Origin: Squalus acanthias
Taxonomy: Eukaryota
DNA length: 64,000 nucleotides
Assembly: GCA_030390025.1 (NCBI GenBank)
Contig: CM059452.1
Location: forward strand, 7,812,001 to 7,876,000
Reading direction: 5' to 3'
Shown here: positions 62,525 through 64,000 of the stretch, piece after piece
How the letters are laid out: every line of letters begins with the position of its first letter
Numbering within the stretch: the first letter of the stretch is position 1
Notes under the pieces: model-generated
Told to the model about the DNA's origin: nothing
Database searches by the model: none
What the model saw: only the letters and a program-made list of their open reading frames with translations
Program-made: the position numbers and the translations under genes

Positions 62525-63372
62525 ATAAGAACATAAGAACATAAGAAATAGGAGCAGGAGTAGGCCATTCGGCCCTTCGAGCCTGATCCGCCATTCAACT
62601 AGATCATGACTGATCTTCTGCCTCAACTCCATTCACCGGCCCTATCGCCATATCCCTTGATGCCCTTACTAGTCAGAAATCTATCGACTTCTGTTTTGAA
62701 TATACCCAATGACTGAGCCTCCACAGCCCTCTGGGGTAGAGAATTCCAAAGATTCACCACCCTCAGTGTGAAGAAATGTCTTCTCATCTCAGTCCTGAAT
62801 GGCCTACCATTTATCCTGAGGCTGTGGCCCCTGGTTCTAGACTCCCCAGCCAAGGGACACATTCTCCCAGCATGCATCCTATCAAGCCCTGTAATAATTT
62901 TGTATGCTTCAATGAGATCCCCTCTCATTCTTCTGAATTCAACAGAATACAGGCCTAGTTTACTCAATCTCTTCTCATACGACAGTCCTGCCATCCCAGG
63001 AATCAATCTCGTGAACCTTCGTTGCACTCCCTCTATGGCAAGTATATCCTTCCTTAGGTAAGGGGACCAAAATTGTACATAGTACTCCAGGTGTGGTCTC
63101 ACCAAGGCCCTATATAATTGGAGTAAGACTTCTTTACTCCTGTACTCAATCCTCTTGTAATGAAGGCCAGCATACCATTTGCCTTCCTAATAGCTTACTG
63201 CACCTGCACATTCACTTTCAGTGACTCATGTACAAGGACACCCAGGTCCCTTTGAGCATCTGCATTCCCCAATCGTTCACCATTTAGGAAATACTCTGCC
63301 TTTCTGTTTTTTCTACCAAAGTGGATAACTTCACATTTATCCACATTATATTCCATCTGCCATGTTCTCGCC
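62525..63372 (-). mobile_element. CR1 fragment
   Basis: ORFs 62623-63105 and 63195-63437; (ATAAGAAC)n tail. Confidence 0.92.
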
Positions 63373-63553
63373 CTTGATTTAAAATTTGAAACTTGTTTTA
63401 TTGGTGTTACTAACATCACCTTTTCTATCAAGCACAATTTATTTGTTTTTTAAGCTCTAATAACCAGGATACGAAATTCACCTTTCTTATTTTTATCAGG
63501 TGTTTTCTTGAGAAGTGTCGGTACCGGAGTACCACGTGCAATGTTTGGGTCAC

Positions 63554-63567
63554 CCACCAGGGGGCGG
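63554..63567 (+). promoter_or_regulatory. CTCF-like motif
   Basis: CCACCAGGGGGCGG. Confidence 0.55.
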
Positions 63568-64000
63568 CAGGACCCCAGCCTACCCCTTCAGTGAAGTCCC
63601 CGCCCTCCATTAGGGCAGCGCCTTTGTTTGCTGCATCAAATCATTGAAGTTAGTCAACTGAATATGGCCAACCAGTTGGCTGCTGGGACTTCCTGCAATG
63701 GAAAAAAAGTATTGTGAAATTCAAACTCCTGGTGTGAAGATCTGGAACACAGAGGACACGTCAAGTCACCAATATGGCACAAAATTTGTTGAAAAAGCAA
63801 GATGATTAGACTGAGAATTTTATATAACTTTATTGAACCACCACTGACGCTGAGGGAAGGGGAGCGGATACAATGATCCGTGTGAGGCGATGTCAGTCAC
63901 GTGTTGAATTGGCTCACAAACCTTTTTTTAATTCATTCTCCGGATGTGGGCGTCTCTGGCAAGGCTGGCATTTATTTGCGTCGCAAGTTGCCCTTTTAGA

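Overview
Cartilaginous-fish (shark-type) antigen-receptor region. It holds an array of 12 TCR alpha/delta-type V segments in both orientations; 4 look intact (6009-6446 +, 17120-17563 -, 58206-58637 +, 61322-61841 +) and 8 are pseudogenes or fragments. Those retaining an RSS have 22-24 bp spacers. Embedded in the middle is one complete, apparently intact IgM heavy-chain cluster (27077-49116, +): leader, VH, JH, Cmu1-Cmu4 with secretory tailpiece, TM1 and TM2. The VH is divergent, runs straight into 13 extra D-like bases and ends in a 12-bp-spacer RSS facing a 23-RSS JH ~380 bp away, with no intact D between them. It is therefore best read as a germline-joined VD(D)-J gene needing a single junction. 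The rest is CR1-type LINE fragments, SINEs, MITEs, a Penelope-like remnant next to telomere-like repeats, a Penelope-type hammerhead motif, several minisatellites (one visibly born from a CR1 ORF) and recurring CTCF-like motifs. No TCR D, J or C segment is visible. The species cannot be fixed from the sequence alone. All comparisons to known shark proteins are from memory, not from a search.
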